A stretch of 64,000 nt of DNA from Amoebophrya sp. A120 (Eukaryota; Protista; Dinoflagellata), in NCBI GenBank assembly GCA_905178155.1, contig CAJINV010000028.1, positions 231,235-295,234 on the forward strand. The letters run 5' to 3'. Below the pieces are notes generated by a model. It worked only from the letters and a program-made list of their open reading frames with translations. It ran no database searches and was not told the origin of the DNA. Positions 46,701 to 58,973 of the stretch are shown here, one piece after another. Position 1 is the stretch's first letter, and each line of letters begins with the position of its first letter. The position numbers were made by a program, and so were the translations under genes.

Positions 46701-47645
46701 AATGAGCTTCTGGTCTACGTCAATTAGAAAAGATCATATATTATGTGTGTCGCTTGTATAAAGGTAAAAGGTGTCTTGTCGTTATACTTATAGTTGTGTC
46801 GTCTCTTCGCTATAGTTGTACCAGTCGAAATTATGGCAAACGGTTCTGCAAGTAGCAGTCGCAATAATTCTTGAGGCACAACTTACACTTACAGTCTGAG
46901 AGCACTCAATTTATTATGTTATCTTCGAAGCGTCGATGTAGATGTACGAACGAAAAGTTAACGTAGTTACTAGTAGCTGTCTTCCATCGTGATACTTTCG
47001 CTTTTCCTTTTCCTAATCTTGATATAGTAGCGTCATTACGAAAAGTTGATACAATGTCGCTTGTCTACTAGCTCGCGTTCTACTTCACTTGCGGACAAAA
47101 AACCGCAAAAATGTGGATCGTATTCGCTGGTTCCCGCCGACCAGACGCTTTTCCAAAAAGCTCCAATGGTGACATCATACCCCATGTGAGGGATTTGTGT
47201 GAGACACTTCTTCATCAAAAACAGCTTGCCTGGTTCGGAACTTGTCTGCGGTGCGGAACAGCAAGAAAGCGGAACAAAACGCAACTACATCCCTCACGAT
47301 CCTTCTATCAGCGGAACAAAAAACAGCATCCTTTCTGAAAACGAGAAACTGCTGTGATCTTCTATCTTTACCGTCTTCTCTTCATCTCAAAAACAAACCG
47401 AATAGTAGAACAGTCACTGATCATCATGATCCACGAACTCGCACTGACAAACGTGCGCGCATAAGGGAAGGACCTTCGAACATCTGACAGCAGGATCAGG
47501 TGCGTAGCTGTTGCTCGCCTGAAGCAGCAGTTGCAGCGATTGTTCGTCGACTTTTCTTTCTTCTTCGAATGGGTACTTACTTCTTGTTACTAGACACATC
47601 CTTCTATACGAGCGGTTTGCGTAACGATAATTTAGTTTTGAATGG
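45410..47645. repeat. Segmental tandem duplication (~45410-46355 vs ~46560-47645)
   Basis: Shared blocks cgcaaaaatgtggatcgt.ttcgc.ggttcccgccgac, gagacacttcttcatcaaaa, aggtgcgtagctgttgctcgcct. Confidence 0.85.
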
Positions 47646-48065
47646 GTTTTCTTGAAGGGTTGCTTGCCACAGTGAAAGAATACACTGTCATTTTCAACAA
47701 CAGCTGGTAGTGCATAAATCGATGCTCATTCTCTTCACACACGAGCTTCTGCGCAGCGTTGTAGTGCAACAGTAGCATTTTACTTGTTTCGTCCGGCCCT
47801 TTTTACGTACACCTAGTCTGTTTCGCGTTTCCCGCTGCTACGGCAACCGCTTTAGCTGTTGTCACGAAGACGTAGGTCACGCGTCCATACCGACGTGGTT
47901 CATGATCTTCAACATCAACTTCATGTTTTCGGTCTTTCAATAACTTCTTTTCTTATGCGGCAAGGAAAAGTCGCTTGTGCTGTCTTCATCAGGAGGAAGT
48001 GGAAACTGAAACACCAGTCGAGAACGAGAAGTTGAACTTCGACAGTAGACCCAGAACAATCAGCT

Positions 48066-51032
48066 TCAATCCAGAGCGTTGACATCATATCTCGGGTCGT
48101 AATTTTCTGGTAGTACACGCGGCACAATGCTTCTACTGCTATAATTGGAGTTCCCGCTCCCTCGACTCGTGTTACCGGCGGAGGAAGCAGCAGGCGAGAA
48201 CGTGCTGCCTTCTGAGCTCCGGTTGTCGCTACGCCGGAAAGTGCTATCCTTCGTGCAGAAAGAACTTGAGGATGACAACGCTTCGTGCGCGTGAGCTGGC
48301 GGTGAACGAGAAGACGAGGATGGTTGCGCGGTCGGTCGTGCGTGCGCTGACATGGAAGAACCCACTTCTCCGGTCTGCTTTCCTCGCTGGCGTCGCTCGG
48401 ATTGTTCATGCGCCATCTTCTCGTTATTTTCCCGGTCATGTAAAACATCCTCCTGCTCGGATTTGTTGCTGTCAAATAACGGATGCGCAAACGGCCGCGG
48501 CTGCACGACACCAGGCGCAAGTAGACGGTCTCTTTCTGGCTTACTCAGCTTCTCACCTCTGGCCGCCCGGTCTGCCAGTCGCTCGCGCTCGTCTCGCGAC
48601 AGTGCCCCAGGGTGCAGTGCGCTGGTGCACGTACCTTCTTCGGCGAGACTCTTCCACCTTTTCAGCTCGTAGTGCTCCTTGAACTGCCGCCACTTCACCA
48701 TGTCCGGCTCTCCCGGCAACACGTGAGTCCGCATCCACTCTTGGTCATCCGGGTTGTTTTTTTCCCATTTCCTGCGTTCGAGCTCTCGAAAATGCTTTTG
48801 CTTCCACAGCTTCTGCTTCGTTTCTTCTGCCGTGACGGTGTTGTGAGAAAAAGCCGCCCCGGCGCAGGTTCACCAATTGTAATTCCAGCAACTTTCATCT
48901 AGTTCATTGATTACTTGGTGCTACAAGCGGGCCTCACACGACCACCGCTGCCTTCACTCTCACAGATATTGATACTTTTATCATCGATGCTTGGGTTGCA
49001 TATGATTGACACTACAAAGCAATATCACATCAATTTCCGGGGCGACGGTTGACTCGTCTTTTTCATAGTCGACGACGCGTACGAAATTCAAGCCATCCCT
49101 TTCACACATTTCAAACCGCTGCCCCGCGCCATCTGAAAATGAATAATGCATCACTTCTTTGAGTAGTTTGGACTACAATTGTTCAAATCTTCATATCTTT
49201 GTGAAGTCACATATCTTTTGTATATTCTACACGTTCCTGAATGCATTTGCAGGTCGACTTACCCATGAAGTTGTACCTTGAGGACTGCATCAACACCCAT
49301 TGTGCGGTAAGAGAGATGAGAAAAAAAACTTCACATGACTCATAGTCATAAAACTATACGTGTTATGTCCACGCTGTTGTCACAGAGGTGCTGGATCCTC
49401 GAAGGATTTCGTTCTTCGCCGACCTCGTTGAAGAGGTCGTATACCAGGTCTATCAGGACCCACGCACTGCAGTCGAGACCATCGTCCTCGAAAGGCGGCG
49501 CCCTTTCCAATTCTTCTTGCACCTTCCACCGTAGATAGAAGGCCATGTCCTTACTCTGTTGATTTTGCTGTGGTAGGTTTGGTGTCAGTAATTTCTTCGG
49601 CAGAAAACGCAGATGAAAAAATTTTCTTGAGAAGCAGTTTCAGGTTTATTTTCCTGCTCTAGAGTGAAGAAAGCCAAAGTGCGAAAATCGGAAGATTTGC
49701 AGTTTGCATATATAGTTCTCACACAGTCCGAATGCGATTCCGAAAAGAGCGTGTTTATGGCTACTTACATATTTCTCAAACCCGTTTGTCTCCTGTGGGG
49801 GACGCAGTCGCGCCGGAAGCTGCTGTCCCTGTTGCTTGTTTTTCGCGTCCGGTCGGTCCTTCCTTTTGTCGTTATCCTTGCGAACTTCGTATTTGGCTCC
49901 GCGAAGATGTTGGCCCGATTTGCTCGCCTTCCACTTGTTTCCGCTACTGGCCTTGTTACCTGTAGCCCACCCACGACGCCCGGCTCGTAAGTGATGAATC
50001 CGCTGGTTGTCGTACTCGAACCTGCATTGTTGGTACAGCTTGTCCCGAAGCTTTCTGGAGCGCTTTGCAGAAGAAAGCTTCTGCTTCTTCTTCTTGCTCT
50101 CGACTTGCTCCTCGTCTTCCCACGGCCAGATTTCGCGGAAGATTGCGGCTACGGCGGCTTCCGCGACATCATCGGTCACTGTCTCGTGGTCCCGAAACTT
50201 CTCCAGAGCCCCTGATACCGCGAGCAAAAGTTTCTCCGCCTCTAGCGAGCCCGCGGATCTCTTCGCATTGCTGGAACAACACTTCGTTCTCGTCGGCCCG
50301 GACTCGCGCAGATCTTTGAGGCACCACGCCTGCACAACCGCGGGTCGGAAGAAGGGCGTACTCTTGCCCTGTTGAGGCGACAGCGCGTCGCAAATGGCGT
50401 CGTATTACAATGAAAAATGCCCCCTCCCCATATCAAAACGGAAATCTGTGATGCAGAGTTGCGGTCACAAATCAGCTTTGTGACGCTAGAAGGGAACAGG
50501 TGCGGATTGTAGTGCTGGCTGGCGCAGGAACGCCTTGCGTCTTCAGCATGACAGGAAGCAACTGGAAAGGGGAAATAGCATAACAAATTGGCTCCAAACG
50601 AGGGAGCAACTGCGCCACTTGGCCTTCTAGCAATACACAACGATTTGTGTACTCAAATACAGAAACACAAATTTCGTTTTTGATATGGGGACGGGGGATT
50701 TTTCCTTTTGATACGTCGATCAACGTGCTCAGATCGTCCATAACTTGCTGCTTCTGGTTCTTCTCCTGTCGCCTTTGCATGCGATGAAAATCATTTTGAA
50801 ACGAGTCCCACTGCGATCCTCCATTTGCTGTTCTCCCCTGCTCATCACGTGGACCGGCTGGTTGTGCCTGCTCTTCATGCTCGTCGATCACATCCCGCAT
50901 GTCCGCGTCTTGCGAACCCAACGAACAAGAATAGCTACGTGAGCTAGAAGTGCTACGCCGCTCTCTACTTTCCTCGCGGCGTCGTGGCGGTACTACCGGG
51001 CTCTCCTTTCTATCCATTGCGCGTCGGGGCAT
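48066..51032 (-). CDS. Hypothetical multi-exon protein (RS-like N-terminus), 1 introner
   Basis: ORFs 50472-51032 and 49646-50335 join as LIDAICDALSPQQGK; further probable exons 49346-49546 and 48066-48900. Confidence 0.6.
50403..50713. mobile_element. Introner family C
   Basis: C TIRs; TSD cgtcg/cgtcg; similar interior to 12324-12634 in inverted orientation. Confidence 0.95.
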
Positions 51033-52701
51033 CTTCCCTGCGTTTGCGACGAGGCTGCGAAGAGGCAGTCGTAAACGGAACTGCGACAGAAGAATTCAAC
51101 CGACGGAATGCGACTTTCCAGTGGTTTGGAGATGTTGATGTTGCCGGAGTAGCGTTGCCAATTTGAAGTTCCTTCGCACACGAGAGCGACTTTCTTCTTC
51201 CTTGAAGCGACGATTGCTACCCTGAAGAATCCGGCACGCAGAGCCGACCCTAAAATTTTGTGTTGATCCAAACAGCTATGCAGATGTACAGTATGCTGAG
51301 CACGAAAAAACCATCTCTGCTATGCAAGACATCCAAATCCAACGATCAAGGGCTGACTGTGACTTGTAAAAATACTAGTGTGAACGTCAGGAACCAACCA
51401 GCTATACGTATAGATACTTACCGTTAATCTGCCTGCACGAGCACACGAGCTTCGATAAGCTTCTGGTGCGAGAGGTCCTCCGCCTTGAAGTCCACACGAT
51501 TCTGGTAGTAACTGCGAGCGGTGAAAAAGAAACTCCGTCGTCGGCTGCAGGTGCAGCCGCAAGTAATCGCGCGTGCTTTCTGCGTAAAACTTGGACCAAC
51601 TCCGGCTGTGCCTTCGTAGCACGCCGGCGCTGCTGGCTTCCCTTCCGAAGTTGGTGCTGCGAAAACGCGACGGCAACGCGAGGTTATCGCCCCGGTGGTG
51701 GTGACGATCAGGGTCACGAGAATACCCCTCCAAGGTCGATAATCCTTTCCTCACATTTGAAATTCCGCACCAATAAGTCAGGTGGTCTGCATGTGATGTC
51801 GAGTCGGAGGTCTTTCAATAATTATGTGATGTCAAGAACGAGAAGGAATTTTGAAAATATTTTGTCGTGTATGATGAGCCAGATGATCATTTTTCATCTG
51901 AGTATTCATTGTGTTCATCACAAATAATAATCAAAACACACAGGAGACTAAACAGCGCGTGCAGCAGCAACGCAATGGGACCCAGAGCATCTTGATCCGG
52001 ATCTTTCTTCCTGTGAGGGAGCTCGTGACAGATCGTGAGATCGTGACAGGAAGCGAACGCTGCGGCGAGTAGTACTATGTATACACTTGTCCGTGACCTC
52101 CACCGAGATCTCTACTTATCTTGTCCAGATCTATGGTCTTGAAAACTACGTATACACCTGTCACACTCTAGTACGTGATCCGGGCTTTGAATGGGAAAGA
52201 AGACGATCGCTAGACCAGCAACATCACTTGACAACATCAACAATTTCATCGAAAAATTGGATCTTTCTGGCAATGTCACAACAACATGAAAAATCACCTT
52301 GCGCTTCGCACCGACAGACTTATGCGGACTCAATCTGTTGCTGTGTTGATACGTATGATTGAATCATGCTGACAGGCACGAAAGTAATGGGAAATTCCTC
52401 GCGCCAGTTTTTATATTTGTGAACCTGAAGAACGCGAAGATTGATACATCTTCGTACTTAGCTTCCAAACTAAACAGCGAGCCTGCACCGTCTCGGAAAA
52501 TTTTCTCCTGTGCCATCGCGTGACAAAGAGAGGGGGTCGTCAAGTGTAGTGGTTAGACAGTGTTACGCGTTGAAGATAAAGATATTGAATGAGTATACTA
52601 TTTTAGTTCCAGTCAGGATCGCTCGGTTCATTTTTTCCATTGGTAAAGAATGAAAGAGTCATCAAAAATGGATCTTTTCTTTCAAAAACACGGCTCTCTT
52701 C

Positions 52702-55644
52702 TCAGTCAGAAAGACCGGCTGCGCGACGGATGACCCGCTGAGCCTTTTTCGCCAACTCCTTCTGGTGCTTCGTGGGTTTCTTGGCGTACTGTTTGATCAC
52801 GAGCTTCTGCTGGCGGTTCGGAATCGACACCGCAATTTTCTTGCCGGACGCGGACATGAGAGGCCACAGGCCAAAGAGTTCTTCCAACGGAGGCGCAGTG
52901 AGGCTCTTGTCGAGGGGCTGAAGATTTGGTCCGCCCTGGGTTATCAAATGTAAAAATGTCTGGGTCTGGAAGAGGAGAAGTTTGTCATGCACATTTTCCA
53001 TGATCCATGATGTCTGTGATGTATGCCATAGCATTACAGATCTTTTGAGCGCCTATCGATGCGCATCCTGCATGACAAATGCCCTGTCCGCGTAGCCAAA
53101 TTTGACTCCTCTTGCTGCTCATGCAATACAGATTTTTTTAGCATCCAAATGCAGCATCACAAGTTTGGCTCTTCCAGACCCAGAAATATTTGCATTTGAT
53201 ATGGGTGGCCGCCACATCAGTGGAACGCAGGTAGTGGTGCGCCTCCACGGTCTGGTATCTCTTGGTCACCTTTCAAACGAAAAAATGTCTGGGTCTGGAA
53301 GAATGCATGTTTGTCATGCTCGTCTGGCGTGACTCTTAAATCTGTCATGCACGTTACCCAAGAGCTCCATTTTTCTGTGATGCAGAAACGCAGTTTGTCA
53401 TGCAGAATAGGCAACACCTAGAAGCTCAGAAACTTGTCATGCTGAGTCAGCACTTGTGGCCCCATCATGAGACGCCACCCAGCATCACAAGTTTCATCCA
53501 GACCCAGACATTCTTACATTTGATATCACCTTGCCCAACTTTTTGTTCGTCCTGATCTGGTCCACAATGTCCGCCATATGAAGTGTAAAAATGTCTGGGT
53601 CTGGAAGAATGCAACTTGTGATGCGCATTTCAGAACACACAAAAATCTCTCATGCATAGGTAGCAAAAGCTGCGCACTTTCTGTCACCAAAATGGGGGAT
53701 TTGTCATGCGGGTTCGGCATTGCGGAAGCTTCTCGAAACCTGTGATGCTAGAGCTTCCATGACAGACCTTCTGTGTCATGCAGAAACAGCATGACTCTTC
53801 CAGACCCAGACATTTTTACAGTTGATACGCCAAGCGCGGGCGCGAATGCTGCGGCTGGCCGACACACTCGGAAATCCAGTCTCGCCAGAACTTGGGCATC
53901 CGTATCAAGTGTAAAAATGTCTGGGTCTGGAAACTTGTGATGCTGGGTGGCGTCTCATGATGAGGCCACAAATGCTGGCTCAGCATGACAAGTTCCTCAG
54001 CTTCTAGGTGTTGCCTAATCTGCATGACAAACTGCGTTTCTGCATCACAGAAAAGTGGAGCTCTTGGGTAACGTGCATGAGAGATTTGAGGCTCATGGCA
54101 GACAAGCATGACAAAGATGCACTCTTCCAGACCCAGTCATTTTTGCACTTGATAATCCGCTGGAGGTGCGGAAACCCGGTCCCCACGGCTTTGTCAATCG
54201 ACGTGCGGAAGGCAGTCAAGTGGTGCTGCGTCACGTGTTGGGTGTCAATGTTCTCGACGTAGCGGTCCCACTTGTAGCCCAGGGCGCCTTCCCGCTTACA
54301 GTCGACGGCGTGCCAAATCTGCGCGAGAATCATGCCGACCGCAAACACGTCGTTCTTGATGGTGTCGAAGGTCGGACCTCCGGGAGAGAGAAGCGTCTCC
54401 CACGTTTTATCACAAGAAAAAAGTGTTACAGGTACACACTTGTTGGAGTTTCTGCATCACAAACTTTCGCTGTGTGGCAGGGAAACCTTGTAATGCGAAG
54501 ATCATGAGGGAAAACAGGAAGGAAACGAGGCTCCCAAGCATTTCCTGCATGAGAAAGGTTATCTGTGTTGCCGGTCTTGCAACAAAATGTTTAACTGTAA
54601 GACTTTTTTCTTGCGATACATTTCCGGGCTTCCGTAGTACAACGTGCCGGCGGCACACTTCGAAGCTTTCGTGTTTTGCTTGCCCCAAGTTGCTATCCCT
54701 TGCAAATGTGTCTGCGTCTGGAATGTTGCCGGGTTTGTCATGCATGTTTTGCATGGCCGAGGATGTCTGTAATGCACGACCTAGCATCACAGATCTTTAG
54801 AGGGCTTCCTGATGCCGACTCCGCATGACAAATGCCCTCCCCGCGTAGCACAAACTAGACTCCTCTTGCTGGTCATGCAATACAGACTTTTTTAGAGTCC
54901 AAAGTCAGCATCACAAGTTCCAACCCTCCAGACCCAGACATTTTTGCATTTGATAGTTGCGCATCCCCAGTCGACCAGTTTTAAATGCCTGGATCTGCTC
55001 TCGACCAGGATGTTCTCCGGTTTCAAGTCCCCGTGCGAAATACCGTGCTGCTTATGCAACAAGGCCACACTCTCCACTAATTCACAGCTCCACTGCATCG
55101 CCATGTCCACCGGCATGTACTCCTCGTCGACTTCGAGCCACTTCTCGAGAGTCTTTCCCTCTACCGTATCAATTCTCAACCCAACTGTGACTTTCGCGAG
55201 CTGAGACGCCGCAGTCTTGATCGCATTGTTCTCTTCGTCCTCTTCGGGCGGCACCGGTAGCACAGGCTGCTCGTCCGCTTTTTTGGAAGAGGATGCCGCA
55301 CCGGACATCAGTGCGGAGTCATCCGTAGAGATGTTGCGCGCCTCCATGTCGTCGTGGTCTTCAGTGTCGGCCTTTGGCACTGGGGCAGCAGCGGATTTCT
55401 TCATCACTTTCTTTAGCGGCGGAGGGACCTCCTCCGCGGCCGCACCTTCGATCAAGGCAGAGGACAAGGGGGCAATCAAGTCGATCACGTCCGGCTGCGC
55501 GCTCAGGTACTCCAAAACCACCCGCTCTACGTACGCGTGTGCGCGGTGTGGCAGGCTCGTGAGCAGGTCTGCCGCGCGGTAGAACTTCCATCCGCCCTTT
55601 CTCTCCGTGGTGAAAGTCGCGAATGCGCCCTTTTTCGCTGACAT
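52702..55644 (-). CDS. Ser/Thr protein kinase (divergent) with 6 introners
   Basis: KKGAFATF..WKFY..VERVVLEYL..HGDLKPENILV..LKLVDWGCATW..AGTLYYGSPEMW..NDVFAVGMILAQI..WISECVGQPQHSRP; continuous only after removing six elements +5 nt each. Confidence 0.92.
52942..53201. mobile_element. Introner family A
   Basis: A TIRs; TSD tgggt/tgggt. Confidence 0.95.
53271..53525. mobile_element. Introner family A
   Basis: A TIRs; TSD tcacc/tcacc. Confidence 0.95.
53577..53827. mobile_element. Introner family A
   Basis: A TIRs; TSD cgcca/cgcca. Confidence 0.95.
53903..54154. mobile_element. Introner family A (inverted near-copy of 53271-53525)
   Basis: A TIRs; TSD atccg/atccg. Confidence 0.95.
54408..54618. 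mobile_element. Introner family E
   Basis: TATCACAAGAAAAAAGT...ACTTTTTTCTTGCGATA; TSD cgttt/cattt. Confidence 0.9.
54694..54955. mobile_element. Introner family A
   Basis: A TIRs; TSD gttgc/gttgc; interrupts the kinase activation segment. Confidence 0.95.
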
Positions 55645-56429
55645 AGTTTCCAATTATGAACTGTTAAATTTACAACTCTTGGACGAGGACGAAGATGAGT
55701 TGTTCCTTCTTCTGGGCGATCTTGTTTGAAAAGGTGGACACAGTACTAGAAACAGACTCAGATGATGAAAAAACGACAAGAATTTGCGGTGGTTGAAAGA
55801 TGAAAGCCCCTCACTATTTGCATATATTGACGTCAATGACAAGCACATAGGAACGTTTTCTTCTACACTTGTTCTAATCTACTATGGTGTCTGGTTTATT
55901 CCAAAGAAAACTGCGATTGCCAGTTCTACAATACTAGGCACCACCAGAACTTATAGAAGAAGTGCACAAATCCAATCTGGAACTTGATCCGTTTGATGAG
56001 TTTTGCATTTCTCGCTGCGTCAATCAAAGGCAAGAAAGTCGCGGCGAGAAAGCTCCAAATCAAAAAGTCTTGGACGCAACAAGCCGGGCAAATCATGCAC
56101 TATTCGTTTTATTAGTTGCCCGTGCATTCGTGTTGGTGTTCCTCCTGGACGTGCGCATTCTTCCTCCTTCTCACAAAAAATGGCAAGCAACACCAATGAT
56201 CGCGAAACATCAAAACTCATCGATAGATGACGAAGCTCTGCTGATCAAAAGTTCCTTTCTCATGATCGGGGCTACGAACTCTAATGGAGCATGACGCTTC
56301 GTGAAGATTGCGGATCGTCCGGGGTTCTTGATGTGGATGGACATGGATCATTGGATCTTCCTCTACGACATCCTGAAATAAAAGTTGGAACCTAGTCGGC
56401 TGGTTCGGCCACGGGAACTCGCAAGGCAA

Positions 56430-57920
56430 AATCCGCATGTTCTGGGCGGCACAAAAAATCGCTCCTCAGAGCAAAACCTTCTCCTGATCTGATTATTGCT
56501 GCCGCAAGATCCCCAGGAAGATCCCCTGGAGACATTGCGATAGCAATAATTAGGTGCGCGATGCACCGCATTTTCTGGGCCGCCCAAAAAAGCGACTCTG
56601 CGAGCAAAACCTTCTCCCGGTCTAATTTTTGCTGCCGCAAGGTCCCCAGAGGAGCTTGCGGCAGCAATAATTAGGTGCGGGAAGCGCCGATGTTCTGGGC
56701 GGCCCAAAAGATCGGCCCTGCGAGCAAAACCTTCTCCCGGTCTAATTTTTGCTGCCGCAAGGTCCCCAGAGGAGCTTGCGGCAGCAATAATTAGGTGCGG
56801 GAAGCGCCGATGTTCTGGGCGGCCCAAAAGATCGGCCCTGCGAGCAAAACCTTCTCCCGGTCTAATTTTTGCTGCCGCAAGGTCCCCAGAGGAGCTTGCG
56901 GCAGCAATAATTAGGTGCGGGAAGCGCCGATGTTCTGGGCGGCCCAAAAGATCGGCCCTGCGAGCAAAACCTTCTCCCGGTCTAATTTTTGCTGCCGCAA
57001 GGTCCCCAGAGGAGCTTGCGGCAGCAATAATTAGGTGCGGGAAGCGCCGCATGTTCTGGGCGGCCCAAAAGATCGGCCCTGCGAGCAAAACCTTCTCCCG
57101 GTCTAATTTTTGCTGCCGCAAGGTCCCCAGAGGAGCTTGCGGCAGCAATAATTAGGTGCGGGAAGCGCCGATGTTCTGGGCGGCCCAAAAGATCGGCCCT
57201 GCGAGCAAAACCTTCTCCCGGTCTAATTTTTGCTGCCGCAAGGTCCCCAGAGGAGCTTGCGGCAGCAATAATTAGGTGCGGGAAGCGCCGCATGTTCTGG
57301 GCGGCCCAAAAGATCGGCCCTGCGAGCAAAACCTTCTCCCGGTCTAATTTTTGCTGCCGCAAGGTCCCCAGAGGAGCTTGCGGCAGCAATAATTAGGTGC
57401 GGGAAGCGCCGATGTTCTGGGCGGCCCAAAAGATCGGTCCTGCGAGCAAAACCAAAAAGGTCTAATTTTTGCTGCCGCAAGGTCCCCAGAGGAGCTTGCG
57501 GCAGCAATAATCAGGTGCGGGAAGCGCCGCATGTTCTGGACGACCCAAAAGATCGGCCCTGCGAGCAAAACCTTCAACGACCTGCTAAATTTCTGCTATC
57601 ACGAGGCCTTGCGATAGCAATAATTAGCTGGGGGATGTGCCGCATTTTCTGGGCGTTTTCTCGGGAGCTGAAAAAATTGGCTTGTTTGCGAGCAAAACCT
57701 CCGCAGACTTGACTATATTTCTGCTACCACAAGGTACCCAGGGAGGTCCCCTTGGGCACTTGCGGAAGCAATAAATATTTAGGCGCGGGATGCGCCCCTC
57801 TTTCTTGGTGGGCCAAAGAATCGGCTTTGCGAGAAAAGCCTTAACCTGATTGAATTTTTGCGTATCGCAAGGTCCCCGGGCGGGTCCTCTTGGGTCCTTG
57901 CAACAGCCATAATTAGGTGG
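56430..57920. repeat. 120/121-bp tandem satellite with an internal hairpin; ~8 near-identical units plus degenerate flanking units
   Basis: cgagcaaaacc recurs at 56601, 56721, 56841, 56961, 57082, 57202, 57323, 57443, 57562; stem ttgctgccgcaag...cttgcggcagcaa in each unit. Confidence 0.95.
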
Positions 57921-58973
57921 AATAATAATGCAGCTTGACATTGGAGCAACCGCCCTAAACCCGCAGACAGTGGCAATGCCCTCAACGACGCGCTGTGTTC
58001 ACAGTTCATTCTGACCTGTCTCAATGTAACAATGTACCCCCAAGTGAGGCCGCATTTCCAGGCAGCTAAGTATACACCATCATCCATACCACGACTTGCT
58101 GAAGGACTCTTCGTTGCAGCTAAAGCTTTCTTGCATGTTGCTACCGACCAAGTCATCTTTTTTAGTTCCTGTTAAAACTTCCTTGGCATACCGAATGGGC
58201 AACACCAACATCGGCACAAACCGAGAACCGACTCGTCTTTTCGTAGAGTTGGAGCGCTGCTTTCGATGGCAGACACGATGATGTTCCGGTCACGATTTCA
58301 ATGGGAGACACGCTAATGGTCAATACCAGGCCTCGAACGTTGTGGAAAATAAAAGGAGAGAAGAAAACCATCGAAAAAACGCATCATCATCATGGCACTG
58401 CAAACGATGTGAATGGAACATGGACTACAGTAAACCGAGCCTGTGTTTGGGCATGCGTCCCGAAAGAATTGGGAAACAAGGCGGGCATCGCGACCATAGA
58501 CGATTTGCGTGATCTTTCTGGGGAACATCCACGGAACATTTGTGCATAAACGGACATTTGTGCATATCGGCGCTCAACATGGGACATGCAGATCGACATG
58601 CCGTTCTTTTCCATCTAGCTCAACATGGGAGGGGGCACACCAAAAGGGACATTCCTTATTTGCGATTTGTCAAAACTGTGGGTGATTTTTTTTCGAGGGC
58701 AACCACTCTGCGATACTAGTTCTTGTAACAACGTGTTAACGCGGAAGCATCCAACTTCCCTTGCTCAGTGGGTAGAGCGACATAAATATTTTTCCGTGTA
58801 AGTAGTTGTAAGACGGCCAATTGGTGAAAGCGTTCGAGTGTGTAACTGTTGAGATTAATAGGCAATTACTCATAGTAGAAACACAGTGATAGAAGAGTGG
58901 GCGTAAAAATCAGTTGGCGGAGAAACTTGCGCACAGTTGCTGCTAAACTATAAGCGCAGCATCGGCCAGCTAG

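Noticed and set aside
52544-52560. tRNA gene from gtgtagtggtta
   Set aside because: Isolated A-box-like string without a T-arm or acceptor stem
56363-57577. CRISPR array or repeat-protein ORFs (261, 135 and 94 aa) in the 120-bp array
   Set aside because: Units are identical end to end with no unique spacers and no cas genes; ORFs arise because 120 is divisible by 3 and break at the 121-bp units
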